Below, piece after piece: positions 15,501-25,038 of a DNA stretch of 64,000 nt. This stretch comes from Ylistrum balloti. Lineage: Eukaryota. The stretch is taken from contig NW_026781986.1 of NCBI RefSeq assembly GCF_031769215.1, positions 310,001-374,000 of the forward strand, written 5' to 3'. Under the pieces are notes generated by a model, which saw nothing but the letters and a program-made list of their open reading frames with translations, had not been told where the DNA came from and did not search any database. Position numbers and translations under genes: made by a program. How positions within the stretch are numbered: the stretch's first letter is position 1; each line of letters begins with the position of its first letter.

Positions 15501-16162
15501 GACTAACTGTTATTATAAAAATGGCAAGTTAGATTAAATGATAAAATGCCTTATACAAAATTCATATCAAGCAGTAAATGGAAAGCAATCCGGTTTCTTA
15601 TAAACATACCTATTTTCTGAAAATACCGACTGACTGTTAATATAAAAAAAACGGCAAGTTGGATTAAATAGAAAAATGTCTTATTTATGCAAAATTCATA
15701 CCAGGTATCAACACTTCTGTTTTAAAAGAAATTAGAATTAACATCTTCTTGTCTGTGTTGAAATCAATCGAACCGTTTTCATATTTTTCTTCTTCAGCGG
15801 TTCAGGGTCATATCAATATTAGTTTCGGTGCAGCACAAAACATACTACATGTATTGCCTATCTGTTTTCAGGGAAGGTCGGTATCACATGTAACTGTGAC
15901 TGGGAAGTACCGAAAAGTGAGAATGTTCCCTCCGACCGAGAAGCAGCCGAACGCGCCCTCCAGTTCCATTTCGGTTGGTTCATTAATCCAGTTTTGAACA
16001 ATGGTGATTATCCAGACGTCATGAAATGGCAGATCTTAAAGAAGAGCATCACCTTGCAGAAGTTAAAGCAAAGCAGACTGCCAGAATTTACCAACGAGGA
16101 AAAAGAATATTTGAAAGGTACAAACTCAGTATCTATAACTCAAAGGTACTGTACGATATATC

Positions 16163-16193
<31 letters not shown>

Positions 16194-19100
16194 CTTAATC
16201 ATGAAGAGATCCCATTACTGGCTACCTTTCCAGAACACCCGGTCGTTCTCTTTGTTCTATTATCAATGGATCAGGAGATTGCAATAAATATTGTTCTATT
16301 AACAATATCTATTATGTTTAGAGACATAATAGAATATTGCATTGGTTGATAAATAATTAATTTCATGAATAGATGATAACAATTTCACTAAATTCATTTT
16401 CTCTGAAATTAGGTGCCACCGATTTTCTCGGTTTGAATTTCTACACCTCAAACCTAGCAGAAAATTATATCGACCCATCCACTCAGGCCGATTATTACGG
16501 CGACATGGATGTCAAGCTTTCTAAAGACCCGTCGTGGCTTAGGTGAGTTTAGTTTGGTCGCCTTCAAATACCAGTGTCACCCAGTGGTCTTGACAACCTG
16601 TAAAGGAGATATCTATTTTGCTCGCAATGTGTGTGTGTATTAGCTCGCAGCTTGTTCATTTATATGTTGTTATGATTATTTGTGGGGTACAAGCGCACGT
16701 TGTATATTACTCTAAATCAGTTATCATAAGCAGTCTAAAAATCTTTCGATTTTTCAAAAAGGTTGTTTTCTTCGCTTATAATATAATATCACGGATCACT
16801 TTTGCTAACACTAAAATTCACAATTAATATTGGACACTAAAATTATCAATCAATGTCCGTTAATACTATAAACGTATATAATTACACGTTATGTTCATAC
16901 TTAAATCAGAGTGATTTAAATATCAATATTTAACAATTCTTAGTATAAGCAAAGTCTTAGAACTGAATCGGGGTCAGAGTACAATATTTATTATCATCAT
17001 TATATAAAAAGCAAATAAAAGTTATTTTTCATTTAACCAAAGATACATTGATAAAATTTGTATCCCTATTTGCAACTACCGTTTACTTTACTTGTTAGGT
17101 CCGGATCATCCTGGCTCACGGTTACTCCGTTCGGAATACGACGCATGCTGAACTGGATCAAAGATCACTATGGTGACGTACCAGTATATGTAACGGAGAA
17201 TGGAGTCTCCGACAGAAACGGCTTTTTGACTGATGATAATAGAATATTCTACTACAAACACTACATCAATGAAGTCCTGAAAGGTAAGTAAATTACAATG
17301 GGATGCGAGGATAACATATAGCGGCTGATTTTTGCAAATAGTTAGCGACAATTTTCGAGAAAAGGCATGGGCAAAACACAAACAGTTAAAACTTATATAC
17401 TTCATCCAGGATGTAGGATGTAGAGATTGTATAAAAATAAAACATCACAAGTTTGTGGCAGGGCTTCCCTTTTGTCACACTAATTAATATAAATTAAGAT
17501 ATTTTGTTTAAATAACAAAGTAAAAGGAACAGAGAGTATGGTATGGCGTCAGTTGTGTTACTCCGATCATTTTGCTTTCAACATCAAATTCATTTGTCTT
17601 ATTTCAGCCATTCACCTAGACAATATCGATGTACGTGGGTATACTGCCTGGTCTCTGATGGATAACTTTGAGTGGTCCCGAGGATACTCGGAGAGATTCG
17701 GTCTCCACTACGTCAACTTTACCGACCCGGCGCGGCCTAGGACGCCAAAGGCCTCTGCCAAGTATTACCGGAACATCATCCAGGACAACGGCTTCATCCC
17801 TGGTACAGAGACTGCGCCTACAAGTTCATCCCCATCGCCAATGATACAAAAGAGAACCTTGGAAAAAGAGAATGTCTTTGTGTATGGTCTATTCCCACAA
17901 GAGTTTGCATGGGGTGTGACAACATCCGCCTATCAAACAGAGGGAGCATGGCATGAGGACGGTAAATCATTTTCATAAAAAATGCTGGTCTGCGAGACGC
18001 TGTTTTTCTTCCTTTTAATTACCTCTCTGTCATATCCTCTTCCGTTTTTCAAAGTTTAACGTTGAATGAATTTTGGAAAAATGCTTTGCTGTCGTTGAAC
18101 GATCTTATAAATGCACTGCTTGCGTGCAGATGCGGAAAAGTATATCGATGAGGTAATGGCTATTTCAAGTTAATCTGAGTCACACAAGGCATATATCTTC
18201 CCTATCGATTTATCAATCCTAAAATATCAGGAATTAACTGATACAAAAATACAACATGTTGTACAACCCCTATAACCCTCTATAAACTTCCATAGGCCAT
18301 GTTATATGGGCCTTAATCGTTTGTATCTATCAACATAATAAAGTCTTTCAACGTACAGAGACCTTTTATATCGGTTAATGTATTAACGATGCTTAAGGTA
18401 ATATCAATACATTAAGCATTGCAACTGCTACGCTTAATTCAATAAAACATCAAATTTATCGTATCAGTTGCAACGTTTAATGTAATTATAAAAATATAGA
18501 GCGAAGCAATCGCAACGTTTATTGCAATAAATGTTATATCAAGCATTTAAGAGTTACAACAAAGAACTAAATCAAAAGTCACTGAACCATGGAACAATTG
18601 AATGTGAAGCATTGTTTTGTTTAACCGATTTGTTGCTGTAACGTGTACTTATACAGTTCGATTGTAAATATAACCAAAGTCCAATACAAAACATATCCAT
18701 TGACATGATTTTCATTATATACCCGGGAAAGTCTTGGCAAATAAAACAAAAACATTAAAGTACTCACCTGCTTCACATGGATGTGAGTCGAAGTTGTGCC
18801 GAAATGCAGTGAAACTGCTAATGAATTTTTTACCGCTTGAAAAACGATTGTGGGTACATAACGAAGAAAATTTCGATATTTTGAGATTTATATATCATAA
18901 ACGCTCTACACTATTTCTTAGATAGACTATATATAACCCTATAACCCTAATTATATGTTATCAAAAAGAACAATATAATTTATTGGTTGGGGATATAAAA
19001 TTTAATGCTTAATTTCATATCTGTTCGCATGGTTATAAAAGTTGTTATTATAATATGTTATTTGTCCACATATTGAACAATTTAATAGTTATGTAATTAA

Positions 19101-22100
19101 CACGAATGTAAATTGATTGTTTTATTCTACAGTTTGGATATAATTTTCCAATTTAGCCTGCCGGTACTCAAGATCGTCAGTAACATATATATATACAGTT
19201 CTTATTTACTCGAATGTAGATATTTCCATTTTCACAGAGAAGACTGGTAAAGAAACCAACGAAAAGCACATTTAAATACAAATGTAGACTTAGACACAGT
19301 GAGCCAAACAATAAATCGAAATCCTTCATCTGTTCCATTCTTATTCAAGAAGTCGTTAATGATGCTAACACCTAAAATGTTGAAACCACAGAGGCGACTT
19401 TAGATCATCCAATTTGTGCGAAAAAGAAATTTCAGAAATTAAATTCAAAATTCAATTAATTTCATAGAACACAAAGTACATATGTTTATTTTGAGCTGTG
19501 CCACTATTTGACTGGATAGAAATGCAGCACGCTGCGACAGTACACCTGGGGGCTGGAAGTCTGCCAGCAGTGTCTTCCACCCGCACACACAAGTGAATAA
19601 CATTTTTAATACAAATTTAAAACCAGATACAAAAGAGCCAAACAATGAATTAAAAACTGTACAAAAGACACACAAATAGAGAGCATCTTTTGTTACAAAT
19701 TTGATTTAAACTGCGTTATACAACAGTTTCGTCCTTTTTGGGGCTCGTCAGTGATTTAAACAAAGGGCAAATCACAAGTAAACTGAAAGCAGTATTTATC
19801 AATAAGGAAGAATGTTAGTGAAAGGAATACCAATAAATGTATCTCCCTCGGCCTGTTGTCATTTCAGGTAAGGGCGCAAGTATATGGGATGTTTTCACAC
19901 ATAACCGTAAATCTCCTAATTATGACACTGGAGATGTCTCTTGTGACAGCTACCATTACTGGCGGGATGACATTACTATACTGAAGAAACTCAAGGTAAA
20001 ATCAAAAATACACGTAACAATTGAATGAACTGTATAATGTATAAGTGACTTAAATCAAACATCATTCTTTTTAACACATTTTCACCATCGAGATATTTCC
20101 AATTCAAAATGAAGTGAATACTTGTTACTTTTGAAGTAAAATGCAGAAAATAACAACTTGTTTCCTGAATAACTTATTGCAGGTATCAAGTTATCGGTTT
20201 TCTATCTCCTGGTCTCGAGTTTTACCTACTGGATCAGCCAACAACGTTAGTAAAGCTGGTATGGAGTATTACGACCAGTTGATCGACGCCCTGGTGGAGG
20301 CTGGGATCGCTCCCGTAGTAACACTTTATCACTGGGATCTACCACAGTTCCTGAATCAAACTGGAGGATGGCTTAATGACGATATCATCACACTGTTTAC
20401 TCACTTCGCTGACCTTTGTTTCTCACGGTTTGGTAATCGAGTAAGTATCATTCATAACCCGTTTCGAATCAGATTTAAAAAATGTGTAACACAAATAAAA
20501 TGAAAACAATTACTGTAATAGTTATTGCGTTATTCAGGATTGTGCTTATTTTCGGTTTCATTCATCATTATTTACTCATTTTTCATACCTTTTAATTTGA
20601 CATCTTTGTCTATGAACATTTCTTTATTCTCATCTCTGGATTTCAGACAACTTTTTATTCTTATTTCACATTAACATAGAAAATATTTGCTATTTGACTC
20701 TATTTGATTTCTATTTCTGACATTTGATCCTCATAGGTAAAGACTTGGATTACAATATCAGACCCCTATTCCATAGCTGTAAAAGGATATGGACAAGGAA
20801 CCTTGGCCCCTGGAGAGATGAATCAGGACGTGTACAAAGTTGGGTACAACCTCCTACTAGCTCACGCTGCAGTTTACCATTTGTACAGCCAGAAATACCT
20901 ACCTTATCACAAAGGTGTGTAGGTCAACTGATTATAAAAGCAGAGCAACATGGCGTATCATTCTCAGAGCGATGTCACTCTAAGTTGGGAAAACTGTAAA
21001 AATGTCATCTTGAAAATGTTTTGCGGTTGTGAACTTAAACAGCAAGGTATTTCATCTGTTTACAGGTAAAGTGGGGATAGCACTCACTGCACCATGGGCT
21101 GAACCATTGAACAAATCACACGAAGAAGATGTGCTGGCATCAGAACGCGCGCTTCAATTCATGCTCGGATGGTTTGCCAACCCAATATTCAAGGACGGAG
21201 ATTACCCCGATGTGATGCGAGCATCCGTACTTAAGAATAGTTTGATGGAAAATAACCTCGACAGTAGATTAATTAAATTTACGGCACAGGATAAAATAAT
21301 GTTACAAGGTAAGGTTTAATCTATTTATAATCTATACCCACAGTTCTTTTCCTTTGTATGTGTCATCAAACAACTCCTCTCTCTTACTTCACCACCAAAC
21401 TATACATTGGTGGGAAAGAATGTGGTTGCTGTATGTTAGAGAATTCGGGGACTATTAAGTGGACATCGGGGGGGGGGGGGGGGGGGGAATAAATAGATAT
21501 GCTACCGTCTTTGAAACTAAATTCTTACCATTTCTTTCTTTTCTGTCCACTCAACATTTTCCAAGGCAGGTTTGACATTCATTCTATCACGCAACTGATG
21601 AGAACGTTGAATCCCATGAAACTTTACTACCATCATGTTACCTTATCAGACGACGTTTCTGGTGCAAGATAGGAGCAACAACGTGTCAAAAATATAAAAT
21701 CCGTAGATGGATTTAATCTTAACATAACCATATAACAAACTCTAAAATTTTAGTTCTCAAATTCGGATTTTTGTAATACGCCATCTGCTGTTCATAACTA
21801 ATTATTATCTTGTCCACAATAAAGTCAATATGAACAGTTTTGCAAAAAATTGTGTGACGACTTAATTTTCCAAATGTGATTTACCATTTTTGGATACAAC
21901 ATTCCTGCGTCCCAAACATTACATATCGCAGATGATTCTAGGACCTGTTTCAAATATCACAAATTTCGCGCAAGAAATTGACAACTTACAGAATTTGTTG
22001 AGAAGTATTCTATTTCTGTGTGCGATAGTATGGTGCATGTTAAGACAAGTTGATGTTTTGATAAATCAAATATCTTGACCTGAACTTGGTGACTCACAAG

Positions 22101-25038
22101 GATTGTTCGTCCAAAAAATTGTTTGTTCGTTTCGTTTAAATATTGGGTTTAATTTGCAGGTTCTGCTGACTTCTTAGGACTCAACTACTACAACTCCATA
22201 GCGGTCAAACGAAGTCCACAATCACAGACTCTGACTTATTTCTCGGATATGAATGTTGATATCAGTGCTTCCATCCCATGGCAAACGTGAGCATTGTGTA
22301 TCTGTCAAGCATGTTTATGTCCCACCAAATCTGTAGCAGAAATGGGGGACATATACCTTTACCCAAGACCGCCCGTACATTCCCGTCTCCTCACGTACGG
22401 TATAAATTATATATCTTTAAATCCTCTCTACAGATTTGTATCCTGTCTTACCTATAGCATCATAACAACAAGATAAACATTTGTTATATTAAAGTTGTCA
22501 TCGGTCAGTGTTATAGGTCAAAGATCACATTTGACATTTAATGCAATTCCATCAAACATTGATATATATATAACACATCTATATCCTATATACAGGAGTT
22601 ATTTTAATATTTTATTTTCACACTGATGACTCATCATCTGATAAAAATAGTTTTGTCTTTCACGAATTTTCCATGACACCAAGCTGCAGTTGGCTGTCTA
22701 AACGGACTTTTACAGCTCTGGTGGCAAAACCAGGAAGTGGAAAACAACCATTTAAATGTCATTAATCAGTAGCCATTCTATTAGAGGTCATAAATCATTC
22801 TTAGTTTAATGGCATATTTTCACTGGAAATATGATCAATGATATTAAACAATAAGACATCAATTACAACTTGTTTATTCTGTGATAAAATTACCATTGAT
22901 TTAAAAACATATATAGGTAGATAAAGTTATAAGGTTTAAAGATGAAACGTATTTCCTTTTCGGAAACATTTCATTTGTTTTAAGAACACGATTTTTGAAA
23001 TTTTGGAATTGTGTCCGTGTCAACTTACCCGATAAAGAACAAATTCCATCGTTTATTTATATACATGAAGAAAAATGACGCTTAAAGGAAACGACAAAAA
23101 ATGTGTCGCACAGACTGTAAAGAACAGTTGAGTCAGAATAGCCTACAACAGAGATACATAATGTACCTTCACACTATATTGTGTTTTGTATCTGTGTTTC
23201 TAAGCTGAAGAATGTTATCTTGCCTATTTTGACTTTTTTTTTACATTAGCACTGGCCATATGACGAAACCCCCAGAGGGACTACGACGGATTCTTAACTG
23301 GATCCACCAATCATATTCCTCGGTGCCGATTTACGTCACAGAAAACGGGATGTATGACACGACTGGTACAATGGAGGATACAGATCGGGAGGAGTATATA
23401 AGACAGCACACCAATCAACTGGTTAAAGGTAAAAAATCATCATTTTAACATGTATTGGCTTTGTAGAGTTACAAGGTGTTACACTCTGATCCTCGCCAAA
23501 ATCCTACTTATACATATCACAGGAAGAAATGACTGTAAAATGCTTCACCTTTTCTTTTGATCACTTTGGATTTCCCTTAGTCGCCTCCTAGGCTTCAAAA
23601 TGTAGGACCATACCCTCACTGACGAGTCCTAGAAGGACGAAACAGATGTATTTTGCAGTTTAATTCATTGTTTGGCTCTATGTATCTCACTCTAAATTAT
23701 GAAAAGGTGTTATTCACTTGTGTGTCATTTGTTCAATCTTCTTGACGAAAACCAAAGATTCAAATATCCACGAGCGAAATTTCTTCAAGTTCAAGATGTC
23801 GTATAAATCTCCCATTATCAACTTGTCAGTACAACTATAGATAACAAAATATATAAAAAGACAGAAATCTAAGATATCTTGTTGAAATTCGTTTTATATT
23901 GAATCATATCTTACGTCTTACATCAGAGGAGTACAACCGTAAAACAAGCAAAAAATCTTTAAAACTTCGGTGGTAAAATTTGAAGGCAGTTGTGTACCTG
24001 TTGATTTCTGAATTTTACATTATAAATATAAACTTTATTTATTTTACAACAATTGCGAAACAAGTTATGTCAACTTATACTAATCACTCTTGTTGGCCCG
24101 GATGTAAGCGCGCTAGGGGTCTTATTGTGGGAGGAAACCGGAGTACCCGGGGAAAACCCACGTGGTTGGGCAGGTGACCCCTTACCTTTTACATTACGTA
24201 CAATTAGAATGCCCCACCAACACAGATAAGGTACTTTGAGTCCGATGTTTAGTGAAATGATAAGTCTTCACTGAATTAGATAAAGTTATTTAACACATGG
24301 TTAACTATACCTTTTACCTTTATAAAACCGTTCTGAAAATTTCCCATCTTAATTTATTGATTATGAGTACCGGAATTTCTGCAATGTTGTAATCTTAGAT
24401 AGAAACACTCACTGTGAGTGTAGTCTGTATAACATGGGTATATATTTAAATATTTATACGTCTCCATTACAGGTAAGAGCAACAAATTAAGTTTTATAAC
24501 TGAATTTCTGAATTTCACGAATTACGAATGTATACCACAACTGTGGAACACGAGAAATCCCTTCAGTCAAAATTTCACTTTTATAAAGTGAAAATTAATT
24601 CACTTTGTTTTAACCCATTCGGCTGCTGAGAATCATGAAACATCCTAATTTTATGGCATAAACACTTATTTACGTCTTTTTTAAAATTTTATAGCTATAA
24701 ATCTGGACAGAGTCAATGTCCAAGGATATTTCGTCTGGTCATTGATGGACAATTTTGACTGGGAACATGGATATACACGGAAATACGGACTTTACCACGT
24801 GGACTTTGAGAAGACAAAAAAGACGCGCACAGCTAAAAGGTCTGCAAACTTTTATAGACAGCTTATAGCCGATAATGGTTTCCATGACAACAATACAATG
24901 ACGTCAAAAGCACCTCTCGCTGTGGTCACAACAACTCCTAAACAAAACCACGGAATATCCGGGACATTCTCCCTTCACCAAACACCATTACTACTGATCA
25001 CTCTTCTCACAGGATGGACTCTTGTATCTTCTCATTAG
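404..25038 (+). CDS. LCT-like: Multi-domain GH1 beta-glycosidase (lactase-phlorizin hydrolase-like), 5'-partial; long isoform of 24 exons in window, at least 4 GH1 domains (A partial, B, C, D) plus C-terminal GPI-like signal
   Basis: Exons traced by hand with GT-AG boundaries: 404-533, 1011-1195, 4821-5159, 6158-6285, 7455-7715, 8141-8324, 8488-8730, 9405-9534, 10941-11125, 11491-11808, 13373-13500, 13838-14098, 15277-15460, 15872-16117, 16413-16542, 17099-17283, 17608-17961, 19868-19995, 20183-20440, 20737-20914, 21066-21308, 22160-22286, 23250-23428, 24695-25038. They total 5048 nt; with 1 nt from the upstream exon this is 1683 codons including the stop, with no internal stop. GH1 motifs recur in each domain ([49 protein letters not shown]). 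The start of the gene lies upstream of the window. Confidence 0.95.
495..771 (+). repeat. 60-bp tandem repeat (about 4.6 copies) made of the last 39 nt of an exon plus the first 21 nt of the intron
   Basis: Near-identical consecutive 60-nt lines; each unit contains ...TGGCTTGG|GTAATT. Confidence 0.97.
1011..1195 (+). CDS. GH1 domain A exon carrying the nucleophile motif VTENG
   Basis: Poly-T tract then AG; 185 nt; phase-1 donor G|GTTCG. Confidence 0.95.
1509..1861 (+). CDS. Alternative terminal exon: end of GH1 domain (WSLMDNFEW), Thr/Pro linker, hydrophobic anchor-like tail, stop
   Basis: cccttcag acceptor in phase 1, in frame with 1011-1195; TGA at 1859-1861; AATAAA at 1882-1887; tail homologous to that of 24695-25038. 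Confidence 0.85.
1882..1887 (+). terminator. Candidate polyadenylation signal of the short isoform
   Basis: AATAAA about 20 nt after the TGA at 1861; the hexamer is common in AT-rich DNA, so support is positional only. Confidence 0.5.
3935..4165. repeat. Degenerate 114-bp tandem duplication (2 copies)
   Basis: aactagctta...ttatgacctta recurs at 3935 and 4049. Confidence 0.8.
4821..5159 (+). CDS. Junction exon: end of domain A, linker, start of domain B
   Basis: tttcctgcag acceptor; [23 protein letters not shown]...[23 protein letters not shown]; 339 nt, phase 1-1. Confidence 0.95.
6158..6285 (+). CDS. GH1 domain B exon (GKGPSIWD...[10 protein letters not shown])
   Basis: 128 nt, AG/GT boundaries; too short for the ORF track. 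Confidence 0.93.
6390..6900. mobile_element. Degenerate non-autonomous element with ~140-bp internal repeats (Helentron-associated/HINE-like)
   Basis: Motif (cagggtac)tgatattg..c.tgtag.atgc recurs at ~6430, ~6575 and ~6713; ends with gtgagcgattcaggc, resembling bivalve HINE-type ends as I recall them. Confidence 0.45.
7455..7715 (+). CDS. GH1 domain B exon ([10 protein letters not shown]...YHWDLPQ)
   Basis: 261 nt, phase 0-0. Confidence 0.95.
8141..8324 (+). CDS. GH1 domain B exon with acid/base motif TLNEP
   Basis: 184 nt, AG/GT boundaries. Confidence 0.95.
8488..8730 (+). CDS. GH1 domain B exon (GITCNCHW...GDYP...LPQFT)
   Basis: 243 nt, phase 1-1. Confidence 0.93.
9405..9534 (+). CDS. 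GH1 domain B exon ([12 protein letters not shown]...DPSWLG)
   Basis: 130 nt, AG/GT boundaries. Confidence 0.93.
10455..10560 (+). mobile_element. Dispersed repeat family X, degenerate copy
   Basis: ggagacgcttacagttctggaacatctggtc matches the core at 12800, 51700 and 60690. Confidence 0.55.
10700..10885 (-). mobile_element. Degenerate tRNA-derived V-domain SINE
   Basis: Reverse complement aligns with the 46463 copy (aacgcactcg..ttcact...gtgaaaag...cacgtgggttttt). Confidence 0.6.
10941..11125 (+). CDS. GH1 domain B exon with nucleophile ITENG
   Basis: 185 nt, strong pyrimidine tract. Confidence 0.95.
11491..11808 (+). CDS. Junction exon between domains B and C
   Basis: 318 nt, phase 1-1; WSLMDNFEW then [18 protein letters not shown]. 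Confidence 0.95.
12795..13000 (+). mobile_element. Dispersed repeat family X copy
   Basis: acatggcgggtgtcg...gcttactcttctagaacacctggtcttattctcc...ttcgttcatattttc shared with the 51565-51852 copy. Confidence 0.7.
13373..13500 (+). CDS. GH1 domain C exon (GKGPSIWD...DSYHKY)
   Basis: 128 nt; 39 of 43 aa identical to 6158-6285. Confidence 0.94.
13838..14098 (+). CDS. GH1 domain C exon ([10 protein letters not shown]...YHWDLPQ)
   Basis: 261 nt, phase 0-0. Confidence 0.95.
15277..15460 (+). CDS. GH1 domain C exon with TLNEP
   Basis: 184 nt; [19 protein letters not shown]; donor G|GTAAG. Confidence 0.94.
15463..15705. repeat. ~120-bp intronic tandem duplication starting at the donor site
   Basis: gcaatcc..tttcttataaacat..ct...aaataccgact.actgtta occurs twice; the second copy lacks GTAAG. 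Confidence 0.85.
15872..16117 (+). CDS. GH1 domain C exon (GITCNCDW...GDYP...LPEFT)
   Basis: 246 nt, phase 1-1. Confidence 0.93.
16413..16542 (+). CDS. GH1 domain C exon ([12 protein letters not shown])
   Basis: 130 nt; donor AG|GTGAG. Confidence 0.93.
17099..17283 (+). CDS. GH1 domain C exon with VTENG
   Basis: 185 nt; 173 of 185 nt identical to 1011-1195. Confidence 0.95.
17608..17961 (+). CDS. Junction exon between domains C and D
   Basis: 354 nt, phase 1-1; includes an S/T/P-rich linker ([12 protein letters not shown]). Confidence 0.95.
19560..19770 (-). mobile_element. Short element with a hammerhead-ribozyme-like core (antisense to the host gene)
   Basis: Minus strand reads CTGACGA-GCCC-CAAAAA-GGAC-GAAA-C-TGTT-GTA; downstream flank (tttaattcattgtttggctct...tgttattcacttgtgtgt) is homologous to the 23617 copy. 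Confidence 0.6.
19868..19995 (+). CDS. GH1 domain D exon (GKGASIWD...DSYH)
   Basis: 128 nt, AG/GT boundaries. Confidence 0.93.
20183..20440 (+). CDS. GH1 domain D exon ([10 protein letters not shown]...YHWDLPQ)
   Basis: 258 nt; donor GTAAGT. Confidence 0.94.
20737..20914 (+). CDS. GH1 domain D exon with degenerate acid/base motif (WITISDPY)
   Basis: 178 nt; translated by hand as [26 protein letters not shown]...AHAAVYHLY. Confidence 0.92.
21066..21308 (+). CDS. GH1 domain D exon ([11 protein letters not shown]...GDYP)
   Basis: 243 nt; donor G|GTAAG. Confidence 0.93.
21468..21487 (+). repeat. G20 homopolymer in intron
   Basis: 20 consecutive G. Confidence 0.95.
22160..22286 (+). CDS. GH1 domain D exon ([11 protein letters not shown])
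   Basis: 127 nt; donor AC|GTGAG, phase 2. Confidence 0.9.
23250..23428 (+). CDS. GH1 domain D exon with VTENG
   Basis: 179 nt, in frame with the previous exon. Confidence 0.92.
23617..23725 (+). mobile_element. Short element with a hammerhead-ribozyme-like core (sense to the host gene)
   Basis: CTGACGA (23619-25)-GTCC-TAGAA-GGAC-GAAA-C-AGAT-GTA; perfect 4-bp stem II. Confidence 0.65.
24081..24195 (-). mobile_element. V-domain SINE fragment
   Basis: Reverse complement contains gtgggttttccccgggtactccggtttcctcccaca, identical to the 46463 copy and matching the V-SINE central domain. Confidence 0.8.
24695..25038 (+). CDS. Terminal exon of the long isoform: end of domain D, Thr-rich stalk, GPI-signal-like hydrophobic end
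   Basis: WSLMDNFDW; ...[36 protein letters not shown]; TAG at 25036-25038. Confidence 0.93.

Noticed and set aside
8033-17405. Antisense ORFs overlapping GH1 exons
   Set aside because: Shadows of the + strand coding exons.
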